DNA from: Eledone cirrhosa
Lineage: Eukaryota
Length of the DNA: 64,000 bases
Reading direction: 5' to 3'
Assembly (NCBI GenBank): GCA_964016885.1
Contig: OZ024741.1
Location: forward strand, 367,784,001-367,848,000
A program made the position numbers and the translations under genes. The notes under the pieces were generated by a model. The model was not told where the DNA came from. It searched no databases and worked only from the letters and a program-made list of their open reading frames with translations. Position 1 is the first letter of the stretch. Every line of letters starts with the position of its first letter. This document shows positions 37,738-51,106 of this stretch, one piece after another.

Positions 37738-38309
37738 GCAGAAAAACCATCCTTCAAGTGGTTTTCTGCTATAATGTGTAGTGTGTATATTGATATTATA
37801 CGCAAAAATATATATGCATGTAGATATGATACGTCAAATAAAATTGTAATTGACAATATGAACAGAAATTGAAGAGAGACTGTGTTACACTTTCTTCTGT
37901 GATCAGTAAAGTAATCCATGATACATTTAAAAAAGATGATGTTATATATAAACTGCATTACGGCGAAATATAATGAAAACGGAAAAGGAGAAAATTAGCA
38001 ACAGAAATATAAATGTCATGATATAGTGATGCAAATATATGAACGTTTATATAAGCGATGTGATATAGTGACTGTTATTTCATAACTGGAAGTATTGACA
38101 TTTAAAAATTTTAAAAGAAGTAAATCTTAAAATAAGCAATCATTATATATAAAAATATTTATGTTTAATCAACAGCTACGAAATTTAGGAGATAAATTAC
38201 ATAATATTCATTCATGATTTATTCAAAGTAATCCAACTTATTTTAATAATGTGTTCAGAAAAAATATCCCTGACACAGTCTCGCAGTCCTCCAATCATTA
38301 TCATCATTC

Positions 38310-38649
38310 ATCATCATCATTTCATTTTACGTCTACTTTTTCCCTGCTTGCAAGGGTGGGACGGGAACTGGTTCTGGCTTGATTTCTACAGCTGGATGCC
38401 CTTCCTAACACCAACCTCATTTACAGTGAGTGCTGGGTGCTTTTTTTGCCGTGGCACCTCCACAACCACTTTACAGTGGAATGATAGGGACCCCAGTCCC
38501 TATCATCTCATTTCTACAGCTGAGTAAACTGGAGCAATGTGAAATAAAGTGTCTTGCTCAAGGAAACAACACATCACCTGGTCTGAGAATTGAACTCACA
38601 ACCTTTCGATTGCAAGGCCAATGTTCTAACCACTAAGCCATGTGCCTCC
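38310..38649 (-). mobile_element. SINE family 2, full length
   Basis: Reverse complement of 42759-43095. Confidence 0.88.
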
Positions 38650-38662
38650 ATTATATATAAGA

Positions 38663-39493
38663 CTAGCAGTGGTACCCGGCGTTTCACGGGATAAGGTATT
38701 TTGGAACGCGGGCCACCAACAGACCTAATCGTGGAAAAACTGCATGCCTGGACAATATGTAAAGAAAATAAACCGAATACTCTGATGGCTGGATAATCTT
38801 TAAGATTTTCTTCGATGAAGCAGGAAAAATGCAGGTTTTCACCTAATGCGGGCCCTGGGGGATCAAGAAAATGAATATTTTTTATCTGCATAATATGCCT
38901 TGAAATTTCGGGAAAATCGGCTAGACATAACACCTCCAAAAAGCCCTAAGAAGCTGAAAAAATGAAGTTTTTCACCTAATGCAGGCCCTAGGCCATAAGA
39001 AAGATGGATTTTCTTTGCTTACGGTATGAAGAAGAGACTGGCTAATACATAGTTACAATTTCAAGGAAATCGGTCTGACGTAACGCCTCAAAAAACCCCT
39101 AAAAGTCTTAAAAAACGCAGTTTTTCACCCAATGCGGGCCCTAGGAGATAAAAAACTCCCTGAAACATAAGTAATACACATGTAAAGTTGGGTACTTCTC
39201 GGGTTTTAGGGATTCATACAGCCAGACATACAGACAGATATTATAAGGGCGCGACGTTATATGTATGTATCTATCTAAAAAGAGAAAGACTAAGAATTAT
39301 AGAGCGAGATCGCTAAATAGCCTAATGCAGTCCCTAGGGCATAGAAAATTTGAAATTGTTTTTGCTCAGAACACTCCCTGAAACATAATTATTACATGTG
39401 TAAAGTTTGAAAACAGTCGGTTTGGTGGTTCTTGAGTTTTAGGGATTCAAACTCACACACACAGACAGACATCCTCAGTTTTATATATATAGA
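38663..39493 (-). mobile_element. Non-autonomous Helitron family A with a duplicated 5' region
   Basis: Minus strand reads TCTATATATATAAAACTGAGGATG...CCCGTGAAACGCCGGGTACCACTGCTAG|T; homologous to 8453-9096. Confidence 0.85.
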
Positions 39494-39959
39494 CTAGCAG
39501 AAAACCACCCGGTGGGCGGTTTTCTGCTAGCAAATCTAGTGTATATACTGATATTGTTGAGATTTGGATGAGCAATGTTTTCGGCACCACATGTTCACCA
39601 TCTCTCGGTGTGTCTTTTATGCATGTATAAATATATATCTTATCTATACAGTGAAATCTTTGAAATAAATATATGTTAAAACGAAAAAGGAGAAAAAGAG
39701 ATTAGTGACGGAAATATAAACGTTATAATATAACGATGGAAATATATAAACGTTTACGATAAAACGATGGAAATAGAAACGTTTATATATAATGATAAGC
39801 CGAAACACTCGTAAAGCGAAACGTATAAATAAAGATTAATGTAAGGAATTTGAAAAGCATAGAGATTTGAAACCGCGTCTATTTGTTTCCTTGGCATTTT
39901 TTACAGACGGACAGACAGACAAACAAACAGAGAAATGCCCATTATATATTATAAGTAGA
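39494..39959 (-). mobile_element. Non-autonomous Helitron family B
   Basis: Minus-strand 5' end TCTACTTATAATATATAATGGGC; 3' hairpin AGCAGAAAACCGCCC-ACC-GGGTGGTTTTCTGCT overlapping the terminal CTAG. Degenerate copy at ~37735-38070; related 5' ends at ~40212 and ~42751. Confidence 0.7.
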
Positions 39960-40364
39960 CTTGGCATAGTGTCAAGTCAGAACCGCCTCGAACTGGTTAC
40001 TTCTGGCTTGTGCAAGGTCTCTATAGCAACCAGCGATTCCCTCGGCCTCAGTGACCAAAGTCAGTGGAGAGGGGAAGGTAATGTTTCTATAGCGACAGTG
40101 TTTCTCTTGGTAGTACCAAAGTGAAGAAAGGAAGGGGAAGGTAATATTTCTGTAGCACCTACATTTGAGTTTTAGGGAAGGACAGACAGCAGACAAACAG
40201 AGAAATGCCCATATATTTCTGTGTGTGTATATATATATATATATATATAGAGATAATTTAATATATCAACTAACATAGGCGCACAGATGCACGTCCATGC
40301 CAGCAAATACACAGGTTATGTCATAGTACCTAGGTGGTTCAATGCAGGAGGGTGCAGAACAATA

Positions 40365-40470
40365 ATATAAAAGACGTAAAATAAGAAAATATCTTCCAAA
40401 AAATTTCTAAAAAATTCTTTACTTACTTACTTTTTTAGAAATTTTTTGGAAGATATTTTCTTATTTTACG

Positions 40471-40480
<10 letters not shown>
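40365..40480. repeat. Perfect 50-bp inverted repeat with 16-nt loop
   Basis: 40365-40414 is the exact reverse complement of 40431-40480. Confidence 0.92.
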
Positions 40481-40506
<26 letters not shown>

Positions 40507-40538
40507 CACACACAGAAATGTATATATATTTCTGTGTG

Positions 40539-40539
<1 letters not shown>

Positions 40540-40571
<32 letters not shown>

Positions 40572-42083
40572 AGGTTTAGCGTCCGTGTTCCACGCTTGCA
40601 TGGGTTTGGACGGGGGTTTTCCCACTTGAGACAAGAGTGGTTGTCTTGCTCGCATAGGACTGTCTGGCGGGTTTTCTACAGCTGGATGCCCTTCCTAACA
40701 CCAACCACATTTACAGTGTGGGGCTGGGAGGTTTTTACCGTGTTGCCTACACGGCCACATTTGCAGCGTGGACTGTGTGTTTTTTGTCGTGACACCTACA
40801 CGATCTCATTTGTTTCGGCCTGGATGTTGTGGCACCAACATAACTTTACATTGAAAGGGGCGGTGTGGATGGGGTGGGGGTGGTGGGACGGGGGTGTGTT
40901 TTGATAGAGATGCCTACTGACTGTAGTAGGTTTTACTTTGTATTTAGGTAAGGCGGGTCTTCTCTATTACTGAGTACCGCCAAAGGTCTCGGTCCAGTGA
41001 CATTGTCTTGGAGAGGTGTAAGCGTGTGAGGTCGGAATTTATCATGTCGTCCCAGGTTTTTCTGGGTCTGCCTACTCCGTGGCTACCGTCTATCTTTATT
41101 GCCCTGCACTTTGTTATACAGCTGTCGTCTTTCATGCGCATCACGTGACCGTACCAACGTAGCCTTCTCTCGAGTAAACAACATCTGATCCCTCTTATTT
41201 CTAATTTTTCCCTTAGTTCGTTTATGCTTAGCCGTTGACGTATATTACTATTGCACATCCAGCGGAGCATGCAAGCTTCGTTCCTCTCTAGTCTGCGTAT
41301 ATCCTCTGCACACAATGCCCAGGTCTCACTGCCATGCAGCATTGCTGTTCGTATGCAGGCATCGTATAACCTGCCTTTCATTTTTAGGGAGAACCCTTTA
41401 GCGGCTAATAGTGGTATAAGCTCTCTGAACCTTTTCCATCCAGTTCTGACTCTAGCTACTGTACTTTCAGAGCACCCTCCCCCACTGCTGATTTTGTCAC
41501 CCAGGTAACGGAAGCTGTCCACTATTTCTATAGAACCCTCTGCGCAATTGAAAGAGCTAGTATTTTGTGGGCACTTGCTGCTACTTATTGCACCAGAGCA
41601 CCGGCCACATGTAAAATCTATGTTCTTTGTTAGCTTACCTGTGATCCCACTACATCTTTTATGCACCCATACTTTGCATTTGGGACATAAAATGGAGTTT
41701 CTACCTACGCCTTTCCTACACACTGAGCATGGCCAGTTCCCGGAAGGGACCGCCGCCTTATTTTCTTTCCTACAAACTAGAACTTTAGTCTTAGCCAGGT
41801 TAATTTTAAGGCCTTTTGATTTTAGGCCGTGCTTCCATGTTTGGAATTTCTTCTCTAGTTCGGTCATTGATTCAGCTATGAGTGTTAGATCATCTGCATA
41901 TAGGAGTTCCCATGGGCAGCCGGTCTTGAACTCCTCTGTTATAGCCTGAAGGGCAATAATAAATAGTAGGGGACTAAGAACAGAGCCCTGATGGACACCA
42001 ACTTTTATGCTAAATTCTTCACTATATCCGTTGTTAATTCTAACTTTGCTGACTGTTTCTTTATACATGGCTTGTATAGCTCT
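40540..42083 (-). mobile_element. Young 5'-truncated RTE LINE (same subfamily as 32071-34322)
   Basis: Open frame 42083-40944, same 3' UTR and (ATG)n tail. Flanking direct repeat of at least 39 bp (40501-40539 / 42098-42136). Confidence 0.95.
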
Positions 42084-42299
42084 CTGTGTATATATATATA
42101 TTACACACACAGAAATGTATATATATTTCTGTGTGTGTATATATATATATATTACACACACAGAAATGTATATATATTTCTTAGAACAAAATTATTATTA
42201 ATGTTTTGCTGTTCATAACAATTGGAATTGAAAAATTACTTTTGAAATTATTAGTTATTTTACTAATGCTTAGATATGTAAAAATGAAGCAATGTTTCT

Positions 42300-42493
42300 A
42301 ATAATTGTTTCTACTTTTGGCACAAGGCCAGCAATTACCCAGTACATTACTGGTACTTTATTTTATTGACTCCGTGAGGATGAAAGGCAAAGTTAACCTC
42401 GGCGGTATTTGAACTCAGACCGTAAAGGGACGTAACTCCATGCTATGAAGCATGGTGTCCGACTCTCTACAAATTCTGCCAATCCACCGCCCT
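42300..42493 (-). mobile_element. SINE family 1
   Basis: Reverse complement of 7000-7188. Confidence 0.88.
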
Positions 42494-42758
42494 AATGTCT
42501 GTACGTAATGAGGGAGTGAGAGGGGAGAGAAAGAAAGGCAGAGGTGAAGTGACGAAGTGACTCTCTCCTCCTCCTCCTCCTCCTCCTCCCCATTCGTCAC
42601 AGCGATAGAGGGGAGGAATGTTAGTGTGTTACAAAGAGTGAGAGTGAGAGAAACAGACTAAAAGAGAGAGAGAGAGAGATTGCAACCACGCGCGCACGTG
42701 TTTCCACTGTCGGACAGACAGAGAAATTGCTGGTTATATATTATAAGGAGATAATAAT

Positions 42759-43095
42759 GGAGGCACGTGGCTTAATGGTTAGAGCATTGGGCTTGCAATC
42801 GAAAGGTTGTGAGTTCAATTCTCAGACCGGGTGATGTGTTGTGTCCTTGAGCAAGACACTTTATTTCACATTGCTCCAGTTTACTCAGCTGTAGAAATGA
42901 GATGAAAGGGACTGGGGGTCCCTATCATTCCACTGTAAAGTGGATGTGTAGGTGCCATGGAAAAAAATCACCCAGCACTCGCTGTAAAATGAGGTTGGTG
43001 TTAGGAAGGGCATCCAGCTGTAGAAATCAAGCCAGAATCAGTTCCTGTCCCACCCTTGCAAGCAGGGAAAAAGCGTACGTAAAAATGAAATGAAA
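42759..43095 (+). mobile_element. tRNA-derived SINE family 2, full length
   Basis: A box TGGCTTAATGG, B box GTTCAATTC, central GTGTCCTTGAGCAAGACACTT; 3' end shared with the RTE at 36261. Confidence 0.88.
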
Positions 43096-43421
43096 AAAAA
43101 AAAAAAAATGAAATGAATAAAACACAAGATCACATGACAACCACTTTGTGTGTCTAAGAATTGGTAAGAATGGCAAAAAAAAACTGGAGTCCTTTCATAG
43201 TATGTGTGTTTGTATATATACATATACATTTATTATTTTCCCCTTTACATTATGTCCGTTATTTTATTTCAGCCTCGCTTTGTTTTGAAATCCATATCTC
43301 ACTTCCATTTTAAATAAAATTTCATTCTGCTGATCAAAGTCGGACGTCTGTGCCAGGCTTGTCTGTCTTCGTGAAACCTTTGGTAAAGGAAATAATTATC
43401 TTATGTTGTTTATTACATAAC

Positions 43422-43458
<37 letters not shown>

Positions 43459-44357
43459 TTGTGACTTATCTTTACTATTGAGAGACTAGGTTGTCATGTC
43501 CTCCATTGAAAGATGTTCTCAAGGTCATTTTTGTTCATGGATTCAGTGTCTGCCTCTTTGTCTACTGTGAGATGTTGTTTTGTGTGTGTGTGATTGATCA
43601 CTGTTGTGAGGAAAGGTTAAAGAGTTGTGAAGGTCACCTGTACCATTATCTGCATAGGAGTATGTATATGTGAGATGTAGCAGAATGTACTGATGCACTA
43701 GCTGTGAAAAGGTCAAGAGTTCAATGCCTGGCTGGAGTCATCATTGTTCACTCAGGCATACCACATTAGTGATATTGCTTGTTTCAGTATTCTTTGCTGA
43801 AACAAATGAAGCACTACATTTTATCTTTTTCCTCATCTACACCTCTACCCTGTTTCTTCTCTTTCTTTACCCATTCCTTCTTCTCCTTTTCACCCGCTCC
43901 TTTTCTTCTCATTATCCTCTTTCTCTTCTTATTAATCTCTTTTTCTTTTCATTCTTCTCATTCTTTCTCATTCTTCTTTTCTTTTCTTATTCTCCTCTTT
44001 TTTCTTCATTTTTCTCCCCACTATCACAGTAGGGGAGGAGGAGGAAAAACGAGATAGAATAACATGCAACCATTGTTAAAACAGAGAATCAGTTATTGTA
44101 ACATTTATTGACAGAGATTTGCATTAATGTTGAAGCAAATGTTTTTACAGTTGAATACATTTGTTAATTATTTGCTAATCACCTAAGTGTGGGGTAAGGA
44201 ACAGGAGTGGTATCTAAGTCTGACCCAGTTCAATCCAGTTTCTTATCATTGTAATTTTACAAAAACAACAGAAAGTAGCATAGTTAGGGTTGTTTGGGGA
44301 TAGCATGTACAGTGGTGAAGTAAAACAAACAAAAGAAAACAAGTTTGTATTTTATAT

Positions 44358-44583
44358 TTAACCCTTTAGCATTTAAACCGGCCATATCCGGCCAGAATTC
44401 TCTCACTTCTTGCTGTTCAAACTGGTTGTAACAGGCCACTCATACTGATGTTAAGGTATTGTTCTCAAAATAAATATCAAAATCTCATAGATTCAATATT
44501 ATGTGAGATAATTATATAAGATAAAGTGTTTACTGTGAAAATATAATACTATATATAGAGTAATGTAAATGTTAAAGGGTTAA
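44358..44583. mobile_element. piggyBac-like MITE family A
   Basis: TTAA-CCCTTTAGCATTTA...AAAGGG-TTAA. Confidence 0.87.
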
Positions 44584-44811
44584 TGGTATTTTCAAAGTTA
44601 GGATCCCTTTTTCCTTTAAAAAAAAAGAGAGAGAGAGAGAGAAAGAAAAAAGGTGGAAGAGGAGTGTGACTATCACACTCCATTTTCTTCCTTTTGGAAA
44701 AGGGATCTTGACACCGAAATATGAAATATAAGATACAGTGGAAACCGTTGTTTTGTTTTGTTTGTCATGAATTTCATCCCCAGTTGCAAAAATAGTTAAT
44801 ACATTCCAAAA

Positions 44812-45010
44812 TAATAATTGCTTCTACTTTTGGCACAAGACCAGCAATTAAGTACCCAGTGTATTACTGGTACTTTATTTTATCGACCCTATAAGGATGA
44901 AAGGCAAAGTTAACCTCGGCAGGATTTGAACTCAGAATGGCAAGGGCCGTAACTCTATGCGTCAAAACATGGCGTCTGACCCCCTACCGATACTGCCAAT
45001 CCACCGCCCT
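44812..45010 (-). mobile_element. SINE family 1
   Basis: Full-length reverse copy. Confidence 0.88.
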
Positions 45011-45162
45011 TAAATACTATATATCAAAAATACAATAGTAAATATAGCGTAATGTAAATGCTAAAGGGTTAAGGCAGTAAGACCACTGTCTAATGATTGA
45101 AACCAGTAAGAAGAGAAATGTGTTATAAATATGAAATGATTTCAAATTTGGTCTGTTTGCAG

Positions 45163-45334
45163 GAATTCTTCTCCGTAATTTCATGTCTGCAAGAGATGTA
45201 TGGGTAGCGATGGGGTGCCACCCGAAAAAGGTTAGGCATTTCACTGGTGAACGAATGCAGCAGCTGAGGGACTGTCTAATACAGATGCCATCTATTGTGG
45301 CTGTTGGAGAAATTGGATTGGACTATTCCGGAAC
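45163..45334 (+). CDS. TATDN2: TATDN2-like coding exon 2
   Basis: TTTGCAG| (G)ILLRNFMSARDVWVAMGCHPKK...IVAVGEIGLDYSG |GTAAGT; phase 1 to 2. Confidence 0.92.
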
Positions 45335-46704
45335 GTAAGTAAACAATGCTGTTGCTACTATATCTATATTGGAGGCAGCATGGCTAAATGGTTAAGAAGT
45401 GCACTTTACAATCATTAACCCTTTAGCATTTATATACTATTACATTCCTGAAGATGACTTTCAGTAGTGCCAAGCCAGCCTCACACAATGTGCCAATCTA
45501 TTATTATAACTGTTACAACTAAATGTGGTTGGCATTAGGCAGGGCATCCAACCATAGAAACCTAGCCAGAAACAGTCCTATATGAGTAAGACATGGTCAC
45601 CTGACCCAACTTGCCTCAAATGGGACAACTCGTCTAACTCATGCTAGCGTGGAAAATGGACGTTAAACAATGATGATGATGATTACGAAAATGGAAGACT
45701 GCCATTGAGTATCTTGCATCTTTGGGGTTAATTCACAATTCCATAGTATACTGTAATGAGATTATGAATTGTAACATGGGACAAAGTTGTGAAGGATGAT
45801 CTCAAGAAGCTCATAAAAATAACACAGCATCAAGCTGATGGGCAATATGCCATAATATTAATGATCTGCCCACCTGTACAAACACTGTGACACCAAAAGT
45901 TAACTCTTTAGCACTTTAAACTGGCCGTATTTGGCCAGAATTTATAGAGTAATACAAATGCTAAAGGCCTAATGTGGTTAGAGATCAGAGGCTACAGTAT
46001 AGGGTTTTAGAGGACTCGTTAGTCTGGATGATAATGTGACAATTTCTCTAGTTTTGCTGCTGTGATAAAATGTATCCAGTGCACCCAGTAAAGTGTTAGT
46101 GTTAGTGTCATGAAAAAAATAACTAGTGAAGCCAGTAAAGGTGGTTGGCATTAAGAAGAGTATCCAGCTGTAGAAACATGTCAAAAATTGGAACATATAA
46201 GCAAGATGAGGTCCAACCTATATGCCAATGTGGTAAACGAATGTATGATAATGATGATGATGATTGTTGCTGATTTGTTTCATTTTATTCTTTCACTCCC
46301 ATGATACTTAAAATGAAAGCATTTTTTAAAGGATGCTTTCAGAACATGTTTTAGAAAGGGTAACATAACCAGACTCAATGCTTATTAGATAAGAATCTAT
46401 ATTTTCACAAATTACATGCTTGTAAGCATACAAAAAAGCTGCTAATGACAAATGTAATTTACAAATTTGATTGCAAATGCAAAGCTTGTTAACCTCTTGA
46501 CTGCAATTGATATATTGGTCATATTAATGCAACACTCTTACAGCAAGGAGCAATTGCAATGCACTATACCACACACCAAAAAAAAAAATAGATAGAAAAA
46601 TATTAGTAAGCACCATATCTATCCTACAAAGAATTCCCTATAAAACTAAACAATTAATGACAGAGGCAATATTCATTTTATATCAATTCTTTTTGGTATT
46701 TCAG

Positions 46705-46834
46705 GTTTTATCAACAAGTAGAGGATCAAAAGCGGGCATTACGGGATCAAATCAGATTGGCAGTTGAGATGATTAAACCCATTATTATACATTGTAGAGA
46801 GGCTGAAGACGATTGTCTTCGTATTTTTCTGGAA
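46705..46834 (+). CDS. TATDN2: TATDN2-like coding exon 3
   Basis: TTTCAG| (T)FYQQVEDQKRALRDQIRLAVEMIKPIIIHCREAEDDCLRIFLE |GTAAGT; phase 2 to 0. Confidence 0.92.
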
Positions 46835-48240
46835 GTAAGTTTTCAATAAAATCTTCAAATCAAATCATCTGGCAGATGTTGCATTGTGGATCTGTCAGAT
46901 CCATGTTTATATGGAAACACATAGTTTAATATGATGATGACAATGGTTTTCTTATCAAAATAACTATAGGTGGCCTTCATCCTCACATATGGATGGAGCA
47001 TGATTAGGTGGTTAACCTTTTTGAAACCAAACCATCTGAATCTGCCTGTGATTCTACAATACAAAGTTTATTTTAAATTGTATATATTTATATAAAAATA
47101 ACCTTCCATCACAATTTCATTGTTACAAACAGCTTTATAATAAGAAAGTTAGTTACACTGTCTCTCCAAATTTTGGATTATTTTCAAAATTATTTGAAAA
47201 CCATAAGCAGTGACTTTCATTACAGAGTCAAGTGATTTGCTTCACTATCATAAGGTTTCAGGTTGATTCCATTGTAATGCAGCTTGTGCATGTATCTCAC
47301 AATAGTCTTATGTCAACTGACGCTTAGTGAGTGAAATAGGATAGATGAAAATAGTGTAGAAGCCTGACATGATTTATACCTGAATTCAAAAATCCAGTCT
47401 GTCACACTGATTCTACCTGAGAATTATCTTAATGTATGTGGAATACTGTCATTTACATGTTAATTAAATGAGTAGGTAGTTCATTTGATCAACAACACGC
47501 AATGAGTGCTTTAAGGTTATTTTCCCTAGCGATGGGTAAACCTGCAAGCCTATAACAAACTTCTCTATTTTTCCCTAATGTCTGCATCACCCTTCACCAA
47601 CTGTCATGTCCTCTTTCATTACCTTTAGCTATGTTTTTCTTAGCCTTCTCCTTTGTTTACTTCCTTCCATATCCATTTACAAATCCAATGCTCTGTTCAA
47701 AACCACCCATATTAGATTACAATTCCCTCTATATCAAATCCTTTGGTGACATGACAAAAACCATCCAGTCCACCCTGTAAAGTGGTTGTGCTGGTGACAC
47801 AACAAAAACCACCCAGTTTACCGTTAGATGGTTGTTTTAGTGCCACAATAAAAAAGCACCCAGTCCACACTTGCAGTTGGAAGGGCATCCAGCCGTAGGA
47901 AACAAACCAAAATACAGATCCGTATGAGCAAGACGCGATCTCCTGACCTGACTTGTCACATAGTATAATGGCCCATCTAACCCATGCAAATGATGATGGT
48001 GACGACTTTATATCAAATAATGTTTAGTTTTCAATCCTTCTATTTAGGTTGTTCTCTGGCTGCAATAATACAACTGTTATTGGTATAGTTGACCTAACAC
48101 ATCACCCAGGTTAATACCCACCACCAGCTCCTTCAAAGCCTTTTGTTACTTATTTCTAATGAAAGTCACTGCCTATGATTTTCAAATAATTTTGAAAACT
48201 AGAATTTTTCCATATGCTCATGCGTATGTGCATGCATTTA

Positions 48241-49266
48241 TCATCATCATCATCATCGTTTAACGTCCATGTTCCACGCTTGCATGGGTTTGGACGGGAG
48301 TTTTCCCACTTGAGGCAAGAGTGGTTGTCTTGCTCGCATAGGACTGTCTGGCGGGTTTTCTACAGCTGGATGCCCTTCCTAACACCAACCACATTTACAG
48401 TGTGGGGCTGGGAGGTTTTTACCGTGTTGCCTACACGGCCACATTACAGCGTGGACTGTGTGTTTTTTTTGTCGTGACACCTACACGATCTCATTTGTTT
48501 CGGCCTGGATGTTGTGGCACCAACATAACTTTACATTGAAAGGGGCGGTGTGGATGGGGTGGAGGTGGTGGGACGGGGGTGTATTTTGTTAGAGATGCCT
48601 ACTGACTGTAGTAGGTTTTACTTTGTATTTAGGTAAGGCGGGTCTTCTCTATTACTGAGTGCCGCCAAAGATCTCGGTCCAGTGACATTGTCTTGGAGAG
48701 GTGTAAGTGTGTGAGGTCGGAGTTTATCAGGTCGTCCCAGGTTTTTCTGGGTCTGCCTACTCCGTGGCTACCGTCTATCTTTATTGCCCTGCACTTTTTT
48801 ATACAGCTGTCGTCTTTCATGCGCATCACGTGACCATACCAACGTAGCCTTCTCTCGAATAAACAACATCTGCTTTGCCGTTCGCGTATATTACTATTAC
48901 ACATCCAGCGGAGCATGCAAGCTTCGTTCCTCTCTAGTCTGCGTATATCCTCTGCACAGAATGCCCAGGTCTCACTGCCATGCAACATTGCTGTTCGTAT
49001 GCAGGCATCATACAGCCTGCATTTCATTTTTAGGGAGAACCCTTTAGCGGCTAATAGTGGTATAAGCCCTCTGAACTTTTTCCATCCAGTTCTGACTCTA
49101 GTTACTGTACTTTCAGAGCACCCTCCCCCACTGCTGATTTTGTCACCCAGGTAACGGAAGCTGTCCACTATTTCTATAGAACCCTCTGCGCAATTGAAAG
49201 AGCTAGTATTTTGTGGGTACTTGCTGCTAGTTATTGCACCAGAGCACCGGCCACATGTAAAATCTA
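48241..49266 (-). mobile_element. 5'-truncated RTE LINE (same subfamily) with a small in-frame deletion
   Basis: IDFTCGRC...FRYLGD...GRPRKTW...EKTRLT*, 3' UTR and (ATG)n tail. Confidence 0.94.
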
Positions 49267-50893
49267 TGTATGAGTATATAAATATAAACATACAAACACA
49301 CACACACTTACAAAAATACACACTCACAGACATACATTCACACAAACACACACATACATTCACATATACACAATAATTATTACATACACAACATTCTATG
49401 TATGAGTATTTAAATATAAACGTGCAAACACATACACATAGCGTTTCACCACCCCCTTCCTTCCTTTTACACACACATGCAGGCAGCAGACGTAAACAGA
49501 GAGGAGTAGTATGAGGTAGTCAAAACAACTACTCTCTCTTAACGTGTTGTGACAGAATCGCAGAAATGTATATATAGATATAATATAAACACTTTAAAAT
49601 ATGGTTTTGTATTGTAGAACCAGAGGAAGTTTGGAATCAAAAGGCTCATATTTGGACTAGAACCAAATTCATGCATATTCACACATAAATATATTCAGAA
49701 TCATATCTAAACACAACACATAGATGAGTAAGAGTAGTTGTGAAAGTTATGGCTACTGCCCTACTTCTGATCATTAATTTAGAAAATTTGTTTTAATATG
49801 TCACCAATGAAGTGATATAGACAATGTAAGGTAGAGAGGACTCTTGAGACTGGACAAACATACAAGCTCTCTAAAAATGCACTCAGTACTCACTATAAAA
49901 TAGTAAAACTTGTCAGAATAAAACACACCCAGTACACCCTTTAAGGGTATCCAACCATAGAAACCATAGCAAACATGGAATGTATGGGCAAGATGAGGTC
50001 TCTCTGACCTGTCTCGGACCATGACAACCCATACCAGCATGGAAGGCAAATGTAGAATGATGATGGTAATGATGATAATGAAACTGATATCTCTGCTGAA
50101 TCTACAGAGAGTGTAGTATACATAGACATGTGGCTATGGCTGTATATAGGGCTGATATTTTGTTGATTTGACAGGTTACAGCTCTCTCAACAACATATGT
50201 ACTGTGAATATGTGTATGTATGCATGTATAAATATATATGTACATAACTATATGTTTATGTATGGATATATGTGCTTATGTATCATCATCATCATTTTTA
50301 TGTTTTCCATGCTAGCATGGATTAGACAAATTAGTTAGACACAAAACTGATCGGATAACCATGTCTTGCTCATATTTTGGCATTGTTTCTATAGCTCAAT
50401 GCCCTTCCTGATGTTAGCCACTTTACAGAGTGTACTGGGTGTATGTAGACATGTATGTCATCATCATCACCGTTTTACGTCTGTTCTTCCACGCTAGCAT
50501 GGGTTAGATGGGTTGTCCTGTTGTGGGCAGTGTCTGGTCGGCTGACCTTGTCTTGCTCATACGGGAACTGATTCTGGCTTGATTTCTACATCTGGATGCC
50601 CTTCCTAACACCAACCTCATTTACAGTGAGTGCTGGATGCTAAAAAGAGGATTAACACAGATAATACAGTAGGGTTTATTTCTAGCATTTACATATGTTT
50701 CATCACCTTGTTGTTGCTGTCTGAACTAGGTAAACTGAAAACGATATCTCGTATACCTATATATATATATATATATATGTATGTGTTTATGTACAAATAT
50801 TCATGTTTGTCTGTGTGTGTGTACATATGTATGTATATGTGCTCATAAAATGCATTTAATTCTATAAAAAATTGTTTACTTTCCCTTTTCAAG

Positions 50894-51106
50894 GAATGTC
50901 CTCAGAATTGGCCCATTCATTTGCATTGCTACACAAATGCCTATAGTTCTGCACAGAAATGGTTGAATGCCTTTCCAAGCCTTTATATAGGATTAACTCC
51001 AAAGGTCACATATAAAAGTTCCACAGCACTCCATGACACGGCTCACAAGATACCACTCGACCGTCTTCTGTTGGAAACTGACGCTCCTTATTTTATTCCG
51101 TCAATG
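50894..51106 (+). CDS. TATDN2: TATDN2-like coding exon 4
   Basis: TTTTCAAG| ECPQNWPIHLHCYT...YIGLTP...IPLDRLLLETDAPYFIPSM |GTAAGT; phase 0 to 0. Confidence 0.92.

Noticed and set aside
42759-42830. tRNA gene-like sequence (also the heads at 7000, 34445 and others)
   Set aside because: These are SINE heads with A/B boxes but no proper cloverleaf, followed by SINE body and tail.
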